Shown one piece after another: positions 10,437-19,177 of a DNA stretch of 38,470 nt; the stretch's first letter is position 1; every line of letters begins with the position of its first letter. The stretch lies in NCBI GenBank assembly GCA_033813635.1, contig JAPXRI010000027.1, positions 1 through 38,470 of the forward strand, written 5' to 3'. A model generated the notes under the pieces. The model worked only from the letters and a program-made list of their open reading frames with translations. It did no database searches and had not been told where the DNA came from. The stretch is from Bacillota bacterium (GTDB lineage Bacteria > Bacillota > Clostridia > Oscillospirales > QAMX01). Position numbers and translations under genes: made by a program.

Positions 10437-10699
10437 AATAACCTCCAAGTTATGATAAAAAAGACGCGGAACGCGGGTATCAGAGCGTGAAAGAGTTTTC
10501 GCGCTGTTTTCCGCGCCTGTCAGGCTTCGGGAGCAGTATAGCAGATTGGAATACGCAAGTCAACCAAGCAATGCCACTGCTGCGTGATTTATATCGCGCC
10601 CGCTCTCGCTTTTTTGTTAAAAAAATATTATACTAAAAGCGAAAAATACTGAAACCGTTTACAGATTTTTCGGCACTTAATAAAGCGGGAGGTGGGTTA

Positions 10700-11238
10700 G
10701 TGCCTTCGACGACAACAGCCGCTGATGCCTGTGTTGAATTGTTCAACAGAGTATACGACGAGATATTTGACGAGATTCGTAAGTTCGTGGCGCAAAAATG
10801 CGCGGACACGGAGGATATTTCGGATATTCTGCAGGAGACTTATCTGGAATATTACCGGCTTATTCTGCGCAAAGGGAGCGGCTATGCGCAAAATAACCGC
10901 GCGCTGGTCTTTAAAATCGCGAGAAGAAAGCTGCATCAATACCATTCTCTGAGGGATAAAATGAAGATTCTGATGCCCTTTGGCAGATACGGCGGCGGGG
11001 ATGATGAGGAGCCTTCGGAGGCACATGCGTTGAGGACGACGCGATATCCAAGGCGGAGTCAGAGCGGATATGGAAGCTGATATCGGCATATCCCGCGGAT
11101 GTGAGGAAGATATTTTACCTATTCTTTTACGAAAACATGTCGCACACCGAGATCGCAAGGGCGATGAACTGCGGCGTGTCAAACGTTAAAAACAAGCTCT
11201 ACCGGACAATGCGCGAAATTGAGGCGAAAGGAGAGTAG
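10700..11238 (+). pseudogene. ECF-type sigma-70 family sigma factor, interrupted by a frameshift
   Basis: Region 2 ('DILQETYLEYYRLI', 'ALVFKIARRKL') is read from the GTG at 10700 and stops at 11078-11080. Region 4 ('IWKLISAYPADVRKIFYLFFYENMSHTEIARAMNCGVSNVKNKLYRTMREI') lies in the +2 frame, open 11008-11238. A single indel within 11008-11080 would make one ~178-aa protein. Confidence 0.7.
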
Positions 11239-11240
11239 AT

Positions 11241-12755
11241 ATGAACTTCAATAAGATGAGAGCGGTTTACACGGCGCATGCCCCCGACAAATACGCGATA
11301 TACGAAAACGCGATGGAAAAGACCCGGGAGCCGGCGGGAAAGCCTTATATACTCAGACCGGCGATCGCGGCCGCGCTGGTGCTTTTCGCTCTGCTCGGCG
11401 GGTATTCCGGCTACGCAATCGCGACGGAGATACGGGAGTACAGAACCGCCGCCGCGTTCTTCGAAGAGTATGAGCTGCCGACGGATGGGCTGACGCGCCC
11501 CGATATTAAGGCCGTATATAAAGATATCACAATGAAGACCTACTCCTACGAAAAGACGATAGAGCTTTTGAACACGCTATCGGTGGAGGTATTTTCCACG
11601 AGATTGAACTCCGCTGACAAGAACGAGCTGGACTCGCTGTGGAACGCGAGAAACAGTGTGCTCACCGGCAATCAAAACGGCGTGAATTCGCCGGGGGTAC
11701 GATTTACCCTGGAAAGCGTTAGCGAAAAAGGAGATGCGAACGGCCCATACTATACGGTGATAACCAGGTATAGCGGGGACACGGAGCTCTGGGATTATAG
11801 GGTCCCTTACGACATGTACGTCTCCGAGGAAGACGTATTCGCCTGCGGCGACAACACAGCCATTATCGGCGCGGAAAACGATACGGAATCCGGGACGGGA
11901 AACGCCGTGGTCTTCATGCTCGGCCCGGACGGCTCAGAGCTATGGCGCTATGTCAGTGATATAAAATGCGAGGGGTACGATTTCGCCGTTTATTCCGGAG
12001 ACAGGCTGGCCGTATTCGGAACCCGCTACGCCGACGGCGGCTCCGGCAGGCAGTGGTACCTGACGTACACGGAGTTTAATGCCAGCGGGAGAAAAATCAT
12101 CTACAGGGAGAACACGCTTAACGGTTATTGCCGCGTGCTGGCGGTGGTCAGGATCGGCGACTATTACCTTGCAAAGACCTGGACCGACACCGACTCCGGT
12201 GGGTATGGGACGGGACTTGTTTCGATTTCGGAGAACGGGGAGATAGTGCAGAAGTTCTCCTATTCGTCGGACGGTAAGACCTATCAGATACAGGATATCG
12301 CGGCGTTCGGCGGGAGGGTATATCTGAGCGCGGTGATCCCGAACACTTCCGAAGAGGATTTTGAAAAAGAGTTTAACGGCCTTCTCGAAACGTACCATAA
12401 AGCACTGGTACAGAGCACAGGGCGCGTGGAAACGGTGACGATGCCGGACGAATATAACGAAAAGCTTCGCAATCTGTTTATCGACCGGTACGACGCGGCG
12501 CTGTTGGTATGCGGAGAGGACGCCGAGGTGACGAAGGTCTATTCCGTCGGGAAAGCGAGAGGCGGCAGCCTCGCGGTAACGGACGACGGCCGGCTGAGAT
12601 GGAGCGTTATCAGAATAGACGACGTAAAAAACTCGAGCATTTTTGTTTCAAGCTACAGGGTTGATATCGCGGCGACGGAATTCGTTTTTGTTTTCAACTC
12701 AAAGGGCATACTGGCGGAGAAAAAAGAAATCGGCCCGTACTCACTGAAGTATTAA
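11241..12755 (+). CDS. putative anti-sigma factor: short cytoplasmic N-terminal domain, one TM, extracytoplasmic β-propeller-like (PQQ/WD-like) repeat domain
   Basis: Starts 3 nt after the sigma stop; TM 'AIAAALVLFALLGGYSGYAIA' at ~aa 40-62; repeated 'DGSELWRY / TELWDYRV / GRQWYLTY / DGRLRWSV' motifs. Confidence 0.55.
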   Translation: MNFNKMRAVYTAHAPDKYAIYENAMEKTREPAGKPYILRPAIAAALVLFALLGGYSGYAIATEIREYRTAAAFFEEYELPTDGLTRPDIKAVYKDITMKTYSYEKTIELLNTLSVEVFSTRLNSADKNELDSLWNARNSVLTGNQNGVNSPGVRFTLESVSEKGDANGPYYTVITRYSGDTELWDYRVPYDMYVSEEDVFACGDNTAIIGAENDTESGTGNAVVFMLGPDGSELWRYVSDIKCEGYDFAVYSGDRLAVFGTRYADGGSGRQWYLTYTEFNASGRKIIYRENTLNGYCRVLAVVRIGDYYLAKTWTDTDSGGYGTGLVSISENGEIVQKFSYSSDGKTYQIQDIAAFGGRVYLSAVIPNTSEEDFEKEFNGLLETYHKALVQSTGRVETVTMPDEYNEKLRNLFIDRYDAALLVCGEDAEVTKVYSVGKARGGSLAVTDDGRLRWSVIRIDDVKNSSIFVSSYRVDIAATEFVFVFNSKGILAEKKEIGPYSLKY

Positions 12756-12830
12756 ATCGGATTGACTTTTTTAGAGACGGAGTGCTAATATAACAAACAC
12801 GATTTCGATTATAAAAGGGTGGTGACTTTC

Positions 12831-12905
12831 ATGGCAAAGGCGATAATGACGGCAGTTTATCCGAATGTCTGTTGGGCCGTGAAAGCCCCGTGCCCGAGAA
12901 CCTAA
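12831..12905 (+). CDS. tiny ORF (24 aa, MAKAIMTAVYPNVCWAVKAPCPRT) with its own RBS and terminator
   Basis: AAGGGTGGTG RBS 6 nt upstream of the ATG; ends just before the 12953..12993 terminator; too short for the ORF track. Confidence 0.25.
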   Translation: MAKAIMTAVYPNVCWAVKAPCPRT

Positions 12906-12952
12906 AGCCGTGGGCTTGATTTCGGCGTACAATTAAACATTCTCGATATATT

Positions 12953-12993
12953 GCCGTCCTTTTTTAATTAAAATCTTTAAAGGACGGTTTTTT
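12953..12993 (+). terminator. intrinsic terminator
   Basis: CCGTCCTTT...AAAGGACGG stem followed by T7. Confidence 0.7.
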
Positions 12994-13225
12994 TATGCGC
13001 AATTTTGAAAAAGCGATCAAATCGCTGGGCCTTAAAAGCCAGGCGAACAAGAGTAATCTCTGAAGGTGTATTCTGACCGCGGCGAGGACGAACGGTGGCG
13101 ACGGGCTGCCTTCGGGCTTTAAAATCGAGCGCTGCTTTGAAGCCGTGCGACCGACAGACGTTTTTTGCTGCCTGAACAGAATCAGAGGCGCGAAATTTAA
13201 AAGCGTATAATATCGAAAAAAGCCC

Positions 13226-13254
13226 TTGCCGTTATGGGGAGGAGATGTTATAAT
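13226..13254 (+). promoter_or_regulatory. sigma-A promoter (TTGCCG, 17 bp, TGtTATAAT) for the lipoprotein gene
   Basis: Read directly; about 90 nt upstream of the ATG at 13344. Confidence 0.55.
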
Positions 13255-13343
13255 TCAATATGGGTTCATATAAATGGCCGCGGAGTTGTAGAAAACCGAT
13301 AATTGTCCGATATTTTGGCGGAATTTGCAGAAAGGAAAATATC

Positions 13344-14942
13344 ATGAAAACAAAAATCGCGAGATCGCTGTGCGCGCTGTTAAGCCTCGCAGTGCTGCTC
13401 TCGTTCGGGGGCTGCACAATCAGGTTTACCGGCGAAAACAGCAATAAGGGGAAATCGGAAACCAACCCGAAGATACCCGCCGCCGCGCAGGGAATATACG
13501 GAGCGCTTGAAGACGGGATAGGAGATTTCTCCGAGAAGATTAAAGGGCTTAAAGCCGGCATGCCCATGTCGGACATTGGAGCGGAGCCCTTTAGGGTCAC
13601 TTACGACTTCAGGGGCGAATTCGACGTCCCGTCCCTCGGGAGCGGTTACGGCTCGCTGCTTGAAGGGCTGACGCTAAAGGGCGATATGGTCTCCGACCTT
13701 TCGGATATCGGCCTCAACGCGACAATCGGGCTCGCGGCGGCGGACGGCACGCTTTCGGCGAACGTCTATTACGACGACGCCACCGGGCTGTATTTTACGA
13801 TACCCGGATATATGACGGAGTATCTGTTTGTCCCGCCGGAGTCCCTGGCAGTGCAGGGCTCGAGCTCAGCCGATGATTTTGAGCAGCTCGATCCGGCGGT
13901 CATCACGAATTTCGCCTCGGCGCTGGCCGCGCTGATTTCCGAGTACGCCGATTCCGTATTTACATACATTCCCGATTCGGCCTATGCCGACGCAAAGGTC
14001 TCCTATACCCCGTTGGGCGCATCAAAGGCAGTCAATGTCACGGAGACGACGGTGACCCTCACCCCGGCGGACCTGAGTGCCGTCGTAAAGGGTATCGCCG
14101 GAGAGCTATCTAAGGATACGACGCTGTTCCCGGCGTTTGTAAACGCCCTGCTCGACCTGATGGCGGCGGGAAACGAGACCAGCGGGGAGGCCTTTGACCG
14201 CAGCGCGGAAGAGTCGCGGATTTACGGCGCGGTATCCGAGGCGGCCGCGGACGGCGGGGACGCCGCCGAGTTTGCCAAGCTTGAAATCAAGGCCTATTAT
14301 ACGGACGATCAGTTTTACGAGTTTGAATTCGCCTGCGCCGACTCGTCGGATACCATTTCTCTGTCCGTCCGCGAAGCCCCGGACACGGGCCGGATCAAAT
14401 TGACTGCGGACATAACCTCGGGCTCGCCGGGCGACGTCGATTACTTTAACGCGGCCGTCGAGGCAGATATAGGCGGAGAAGGGCAATACGAGGGCATGAC
14501 ACCGGCAAGCTTTGTCGCCCAATTTAAAGACGGGGACGATACCTACCAGCTCAGCGCGAACCTGGATTTTGCCGTTGCGGAGGATGAGGCGGAACTGATA
14601 GGGGAGATAACGCTCACCGGGGCTTCGGACTACGCCGAACTGGCGTTTACCTCGCACAGCGGGAAGACCGCGGAGGGGGCAAGCTTTGCCCTCGACGTGT
14701 CTTCGCTGATAATTTCCGAGAACCAGACGGAGCTTCTAAGCGGGGCGTTCAGTTTTTCCGGAACATATTCGAGAATAACCGAAGCGGAGGCTTCGGCGAT
14801 GGCGCCGGATATCGCAAACGCGGTGGACATAAATTCGGTTGACGACACATATATGAACAATCTGATGATGAACCTGATCTCCAACCCAGTTATAGCCACA
14901 TTGCTCCAGACCCTGATGGCGGTGGACCCGGGAACACAGTAG
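13344..14942 (+). CDS. hypothetical lipoprotein (533 aa)
   Basis: ATG at 13344 after an AAAGGAAAA RBS; signal peptide plus lipobox 'LLSFGGC'; Ala/Asp/Glu/Thr-rich secreted domain. The track's 13260 start lies upstream of the RBS and promoter. Confidence 0.7.
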   Translation: MKTKIARSLCALLSLAVLLSFGGCTIRFTGENSNKGKSETNPKIPAAAQGIYGALEDGIGDFSEKIKGLKAGMPMSDIGAEPFRVTYDFRGEFDVPSLGSGYGSLLEGLTLKGDMVSDLSDIGLNATIGLAAADGTLSANVYYDDATGLYFTIPGYMTEYLFVPPESLAVQGSSSADDFEQLDPAVITNFASALAALISEYADSVFTYIPDSAYADAKVSYTPLGASKAVNVTETTVTLTPADLSAVVKGIAGELSKDTTLFPAFVNALLDLMAAGNETSGEAFDRSAEESRIYGAVSEAAADGGDAAEFAKLEIKAYYTDDQFYEFEFACADSSDTISLSVREAPDTGRIKLTADITSGSPGDVDYFNAAVEADIGGEGQYEGMTPASFVAQFKDGDDTYQLSANLDFAVAEDEAELIGEITLTGASDYAELAFTSHSGKTAEGASFALDVSSLIISENQTELLSGAFSFSGTYSRITEAEASAMAPDIANAVDINSVDDTYMNNLMMNLISNPVIATLLQTLMAVDPGTQ

Positions 14943-15045
14943 TAAAAAACATTCAAACGCCTCCGCCGGGCTTAAAAAAGCTCGGCGGGGCGTTATGATA
15001 TCGCGGGAATTTTACCGGGATTACCGATGAAAACCCTGTTTTATA

Positions 15046-15082
15046 AAAGCGCTGCCGCGGGATTTCCCGCGGCAGCGCTTTT
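15046..15082. terminator. bidirectional intrinsic terminator
   Basis: Perfect 13-bp inverted repeat GCGCTGCCGCGGG-atttc-CCGCGGCAGCGC with an A4 run upstream and a T4 run downstream. Confidence 0.8.
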
Positions 15083-15110
15083 GGGGGAGCTTATACAATA
15101 AAACTTTGAG

Positions 15111-15878
15111 CTATTTGTTGTCGTAAGTCAACCCGAGCGAAGCGGCTTTCGGCCAGTTAACCGTGAGCACTCTCAGTTTATCCGTTTTGTTTACAATTAT
15201 CTCCCTCTGGGAGATTACATCATTGTCAATCAGGGAAACCAAAACGTCCCTAACATCGTCACGCTCTAAATCGTAAGTTCCGGCGACATAGGACACGGTC
15301 GAGCTGAATGTAGTAAAATTAAACCTGTTTTTTTCCGCTCTTTTTATCGAGGAAAGGATAAGCCCTGATATATGTCTCTGTTTTGAACCGACGTCGGGTA
15401 TTTCAACATACCAGTCCGAAGAATCTTTTAAAAGCTTGCTCATGGCGCCGCCGACACCGTAAATTCCGACTTCCTTGCCGAGATTGTTCTTGATAAACGA
15501 GGAGGCCGAACTGAAATGACCGTCACCGGAAAAAATCACGTAGATATCCACATCGTTGGACAGCGCCCGCTGATAGATATTATCGAGCATAATGAAGTCG
15601 GTATAGTCCTTTTTATAACGGGGATTGGGGTTGCGTGTTTCGATGATTTTATTTGAAAATGTGCGAATTCGCGCGATCTCATCCTTCAAACCGTCCCTCG
15701 AAAAGTCTGCGAAAAACATCGCGTCGACGACTCTCCCGCGCTTGGTCATATCGGCAAACCAGGAGGCGATATCGGGTTTTTGCGAATGGAGATTTTCAAG
15801 CGCGATATACCAGTGTTCGTAATCCACAAACGCTGCGATATGTTTCTCCCTTGGCTTTTTAATTTTTGAAAATAGCAT
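15111..15878 (-). CDS. NYN (LabA-like, PIN-fold) domain protein with C-terminal OST-HTH/LOTUS-like domain
   Basis: 'AAFVDYEHW', 'IYVIFSGDGHF' as in NYN/LabA nucleases; C-terminal 'VRDVLVSLIDNDVISQREII' helix-turn-helix-like. ATG (MLFSKIK) chosen because the track's GTG at 15893 sits inside the GGAGGTG RBS. Confidence 0.6.
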   Translation of the reverse strand: MLFSKIKKPREKHIAAFVDYEHWYIALENLHSQKPDIASWFADMTKRGRVVDAMFFADFSRDGLKDEIARIRTFSNKIIETRNPNPRYKKDYTDFIMLDNIYQRALSNDVDIYVIFSGDGHFSSASSFIKNNLGKEVGIYGVGGAMSKLLKDSSDWYVEIPDVGSKQRHISGLILSSIKRAEKNRFNFTTFSSTVSYVAGTYDLERDDVRDVLVSLIDNDVISQREIIVNKTDKLRVLTVNWPKAASLGLTYDNK

Positions 15879-15925
15879 CGATAGCTTCTTCACCTCCTTT
15901 ATTTTGGCGTTGGCAGGGGCGTACG

Positions 15926-16651
15926 CTAGAGCAGCGACGCCGAATCCTTATCGAGATAGAGCGACCAATCCGGATGCATTTTCAGCATTGTCGCCGGTAC
16001 CTCGGGGCAGACGGGGTAATCCATCGTGTCCTTTATCGCTTTGGCCTTAACAGCGCGAGGTACTACGGATATGATGCTCTTGCTCATCATAATGCGGTGG
16101 ACGGACATTGAAATCGCCTGCTTCGGCACATCGTCGACCGTGGCGAACCAGCCCTCGCGGACCTGTTGGCGCTTGCAGGTGTCGTTCAGATTGACCACGA
16201 TATACGGGTCCTCGGTTTTAAAATCAGCGGGGGGATCGTTAAACGCGATGTGTCCGTTTTCACCTATGCCGATAACGCCGATGTCCACCAGGCGGGCAAG
16301 GAGCTTTTCGGAAATATCCTTCAGAGCTTTGCCGATGTCCCCCTCGGCTTCGACGAGGTTGGCTTTATAGAGCGGAACCTTTGAGATAAAGCGTTCCGTT
16401 AAGTATTTGCGGAAGCTCGCGGCATGCGTAACCGGCAGGCCGATGTACTCGTCCAGATGGAACATCTCGACCTTTGACCAGTCGACCTTTTCCTTGATAA
16501 GCGCCTCGAACATCTCGAACTGCGAAGCGCCCGTTGACAAAACAATTCGGGCGTAGTTGTTCGCCGCGATCGCCGCGTTCAGCCTTGCCGCGATATCAGC
16601 CGCGGCGGCTTTTCCGAGCTCGACACTGTTTTCACTGATTGTTAGCTTCAT
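15926..16651 (-). CDS. nagB: glucosamine-6-phosphate deaminase
   Basis: 241 aa; 'RIVLSTGASQ', 'FHLDEYIGL', 'IGVIGIGENGHIAFNDPP' motifs of NagB/6-phosphogluconolactonase fold. Confidence 0.85.
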   Translation of the reverse strand: MKLTISENSVELGKAAAADIAARLNAAIAANNYARIVLSTGASQFEMFEALIKEKVDWSKVEMFHLDEYIGLPVTHAASFRKYLTERFISKVPLYKANLVEAEGDIGKALKDISEKLLARLVDIGVIGIGENGHIAFNDPPADFKTEDPYIVVNLNDTCKRQQVREGWFATVDDVPKQAISMSVHRIMMSKSIISVVPRAVKAKAIKDTMDYPVCPEVPATMLKMHPDWSLYLDKDSASLL

Positions 16652-17807
16652 TTTTATTCTCCTTTGCTTTTTTGAATATCTTACCCCAGAGTTTTCTTAT
16701 TCGGGGGTAGCCTTTATTATTCATGGATTTGTAGATTACCAGCGGTTCGTCGGACGCGCTTCCGAATCCGCCAGGGCGGTCGATGGAGCGGTACAGATCC
16801 CGGATTTCGACAAACAGGACCCTTACGAGCCCTACCATAGGCACGGCGATGAACATGCCGAAAATCCCCCAAAGCTTGCTGCAGGCGAGAATGGAGAAAA
16901 TAACGGCCAGCGGGTGAACGTCAACGCTTTTAGCCTGCAGGTACGGGGTGATGATATTGCCCTCGAGCTGCTGCGCCACAAGGAAGAATATCAGCACCCA
17001 GAAGGCGAGCGACCAGCCGCCGTCTATCAGCGCCGAAAACGTGGCGAGAACACCGGCGAGGAACGAGCCGAAATAGGGGATAAAGTCAAGGCAAAAGGTG
17101 AGGAACGCCAGCAGCAGGGCGTATTGGAGGCCGAAGCAGAGGAATCCGATCAGACACACGACGAATAAACCGCTCGAGATCAGGATCCTCTGTTTGAGGT
17201 AGCACCATACCAGCTCGTTTAGCTCCTTGGCGATCCGGTTTATCCTGATTCTCCCGTTGTCCGGGAACAGGCTTTCAAAGGCTTTGTACAGCTTTCTGCC
17301 GTCGAGCATAAGGTAGAATACGACGATGAAAAAGACAATCCAGTCGACGACCTTCAGCGAAGTCTCGATTAATAGGGTCCCGAGCTTGGTGGCGAGCGAC
17401 GCGATCAGATCGTCTGAATTTTCGGTGATCCGATAGATCAGATTGACGATGCTGTCCGGCATGCCCAGCGCCGAGAGATGGTTCCCGAAATTCGTGATGA
17501 GGTCGGTCGCCGCTTTCGTGTACTCGTTGATGTTTTTTATAACCGACATCGCCTGATTGTAGAGCATCGGGACGAGCATAGCCAGCAGAGCGAACAGCAC
17601 CGCCAGCGCGATGATAAAGACAATGGTGGTGGCGAGCAGCCGCCCCTTTTGCTTCATCGCCTTCTGGAGGTAGTCGACGGCCGGGGTGAGGATAAACGCG
17701 ATAAAAGCCGAAACAAGAAAAAGCAGCACTATATCGCTGAAATACCAGGTGAGCAGGACCAGCACGATCAACAGAACCGATATTATCCAAATTTTCGTGT
17801 TTGTCAA
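16632..17807 (-). CDS. AI-2E family transporter (PerM/UPF0118-like permease)
   Basis: 391 aa, ~8 TM helices, family-like layout; TTG start 7 nt after GGAGATGA; 20-nt overlap with nagB. Confidence 0.65.
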   Translation of the reverse strand: MTNTKIWIISVLLIVLVLLTWYFSDIVLLFLVSAFIAFILTPAVDYLQKAMKQKGRLLATTIVFIIALAVLFALLAMLVPMLYNQAMSVIKNINEYTKAATDLITNFGNHLSALGMPDSIVNLIYRITENSDDLIASLATKLGTLLIETSLKVVDWIVFFIVVFYLMLDGRKLYKAFESLFPDNGRIRINRIAKELNELVWCYLKQRILISSGLFVVCLIGFLCFGLQYALLLAFLTFCLDFIPYFGSFLAGVLATFSALIDGGWSLAFWVLIFFLVAQQLEGNIITPYLQAKSVDVHPLAVIFSILACSKLWGIFGMFIAVPMVGLVRVLFVEIRDLYRSIDRPGGFGSASDEPLVIYKSMNNKGYPRIRKLWGKIFKKAKENKNEANNQ

Positions 17808-17840
17808 GAATTAATCATCTCCGAATCGGTAAATAACGCC

Positions 17841-18056
17841 CTACTCTTTCTTTTTTAGCCTTTCAAACAGCGCTTTTATTTTCTCGGCGCGCGCACCGTC
17901 GTCTTTTTTTAGAGTATAGCCGTTTTCCGTCGGTTTTAAAACACTGCCCTCGCGGGCGCCCGCAGGTAGCTCAGAAAGCGGAATACTTAGCATCGCGTTG
18001 TTCTCAGAGTCTTCCACAACGGCAAAGCCGTTTTCAAACCTGTCAATAATAAGCAT
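17841..18056 (-). CDS. DUF3006 family small protein
   Basis: 71 aa, 'MLIIDRFENGFAVVE...'; the usual partner of MBL-fold lactamase-domain genes. Confidence 0.6.
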   Translation of the reverse strand: MLIIDRFENGFAVVEDSENNAMLSIPLSELPAGAREGSVLKPTENGYTLKKDDGARAEKIKALFERLKKKE

Positions 18057-18069
18057 TTAATCACCCGTT

Positions 18070-18999
18070 TTATCCGTTAAAACCCGGAATCACCACCAGC
18101 GTCTCTCCGTTTGTGGTAATCGCGATCGTACCCTGGGTGTCCGTCCTGTAAACGGTTATGCCGAGCCGCTTAAGACGCGTCAGGACGGTTGCGTGGGGGT
18201 GCCCGTATGAGTTATCTGCGCCGCAGGAGATTACGGCGGCGCCGGGATTTACGGCTTTGAGGTAGCTCTCGGTCGAGGAACTGTCGGAGCCGTGGTGCCC
18301 TATCTTCAGCACATCCGCCGCGAGGTGATACACGGCGGAGAGCTGCTCAAGCTCGCTTTTTTTTTCCGCATCGCCGGTTAGAATGATCGAGCGGCTCCCG
18401 TAGCGGAGCTTTAAAACGATTGAATAATCGTTTGTCTCATCGTAATCGTTCGTGTTGGGGCCGAGGCACATCACGGAGAGCTCGGAGCCTTCGCCGCCTA
18501 CGAGGTATTCGCCGCCTGCGGGGACGGTAATTTCAAGCTCCTTTTCATCGATGGCCTCCAGAAGGTTGGCAAAAGCCTGGGTGGCCGCCGTGACGTCCGG
18601 CATGAAAACCTCGCCGACGGGGTAGGCGCCGATTACGTCGTCCAGGGCGCCGATATGGTCCTCGTGGGGGTGGGTTGCCACAAGGTAGTCGATTTTATCC
18701 GTCCCGCGTAGGTCCAGAAAATCGAGGACCTGTTTCGCGTTTGAGCCGGGACCGCCGTCAATCAGCATGTTTTCGCCGTTGGGGAGCTCGGCGAGAATCG
18801 CATCGCCCTGGCCGCAGTCGATAAAAAAGACGGAAAGGAGCCTGCCGCCGGACACATCGGAGGTAGTCGGGAACCCGGAGGACGGCTGCGCCGAGGTGTC
18901 CGCGCCGATTTCCCAAGGGCCGCCTATTACGCACGCGTTTAATGCAAAAACCAGCGTTAACGCTGCTAAAAGCAGAATAAACGGACGGTATTTCCGCAT
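18070..18999 (-). CDS. MBL-fold metallo-hydrolase lipoprotein (ComEC C-terminal lactamase-domain-like)
   Basis: Lipobox 'VFALNAC'; 'HPHEDHIGAL' metal-binding motif and later 'GHHGSD'. Confidence 0.75.
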   Translation of the reverse strand: MRKYRPFILLLAALTLVFALNACVIGGPWEIGADTSAQPSSGFPTTSDVSGGRLLSVFFIDCGQGDAILAELPNGENMLIDGGPGSNAKQVLDFLDLRGTDKIDYLVATHPHEDHIGALDDVIGAYPVGEVFMPDVTAATQAFANLLEAIDEKELEITVPAGGEYLVGGEGSELSVMCLGPNTNDYDETNDYSIVLKLRYGSRSIILTGDAEKKSELEQLSAVYHLAADVLKIGHHGSDSSSTESYLKAVNPGAAVISCGADNSYGHPHATVLTRLKRLGITVYRTDTQGTIAITTNGETLVVIPGFNG

Positions 19000-19113
19000 A
19001 TATCAACTGCTCCCGGTTTTCAAAATAACATAATTTGCATAATAAGTATATTATATCCTTATTTGGAAACCGTGTCAATTATATTTGGGAATTATCGCGC
19101 CAAAAGGAAAATA

Positions 19114-19143
19114 TTGCGGTCACTGCCGGATGTATGGTATAAT
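19114..19143 (+). promoter_or_regulatory. sigma-A promoter (TTGCGG, 18 bp, TGgTATAAT)
   Basis: Read directly; the extended -10 lies inside the track's upstream ORF extension, which supports the downstream ATG at 19178. Confidence 0.55.
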
Positions 19144-19177
19144 AACTAATACAGTACTTTCAGAGGGGGCGTGCGGT

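Noticed and set aside
12994-13062. 22-aa ORF MRNFEKAIKSLGLKSQANKSNL immediately after the terminator
   Set aside because: No RBS; the start sits inside the terminator T-tract. A TGA read-through or selenocysteine interpretation of the continuing frame has no supporting SECIS-like evidence.
16557-17168. 203-aa plus-strand ORF overlapping nagB and the AI-2E gene
   Set aside because: Antisense to two well-supported genes; low-complexity Glu/Arg-rich C-terminus.
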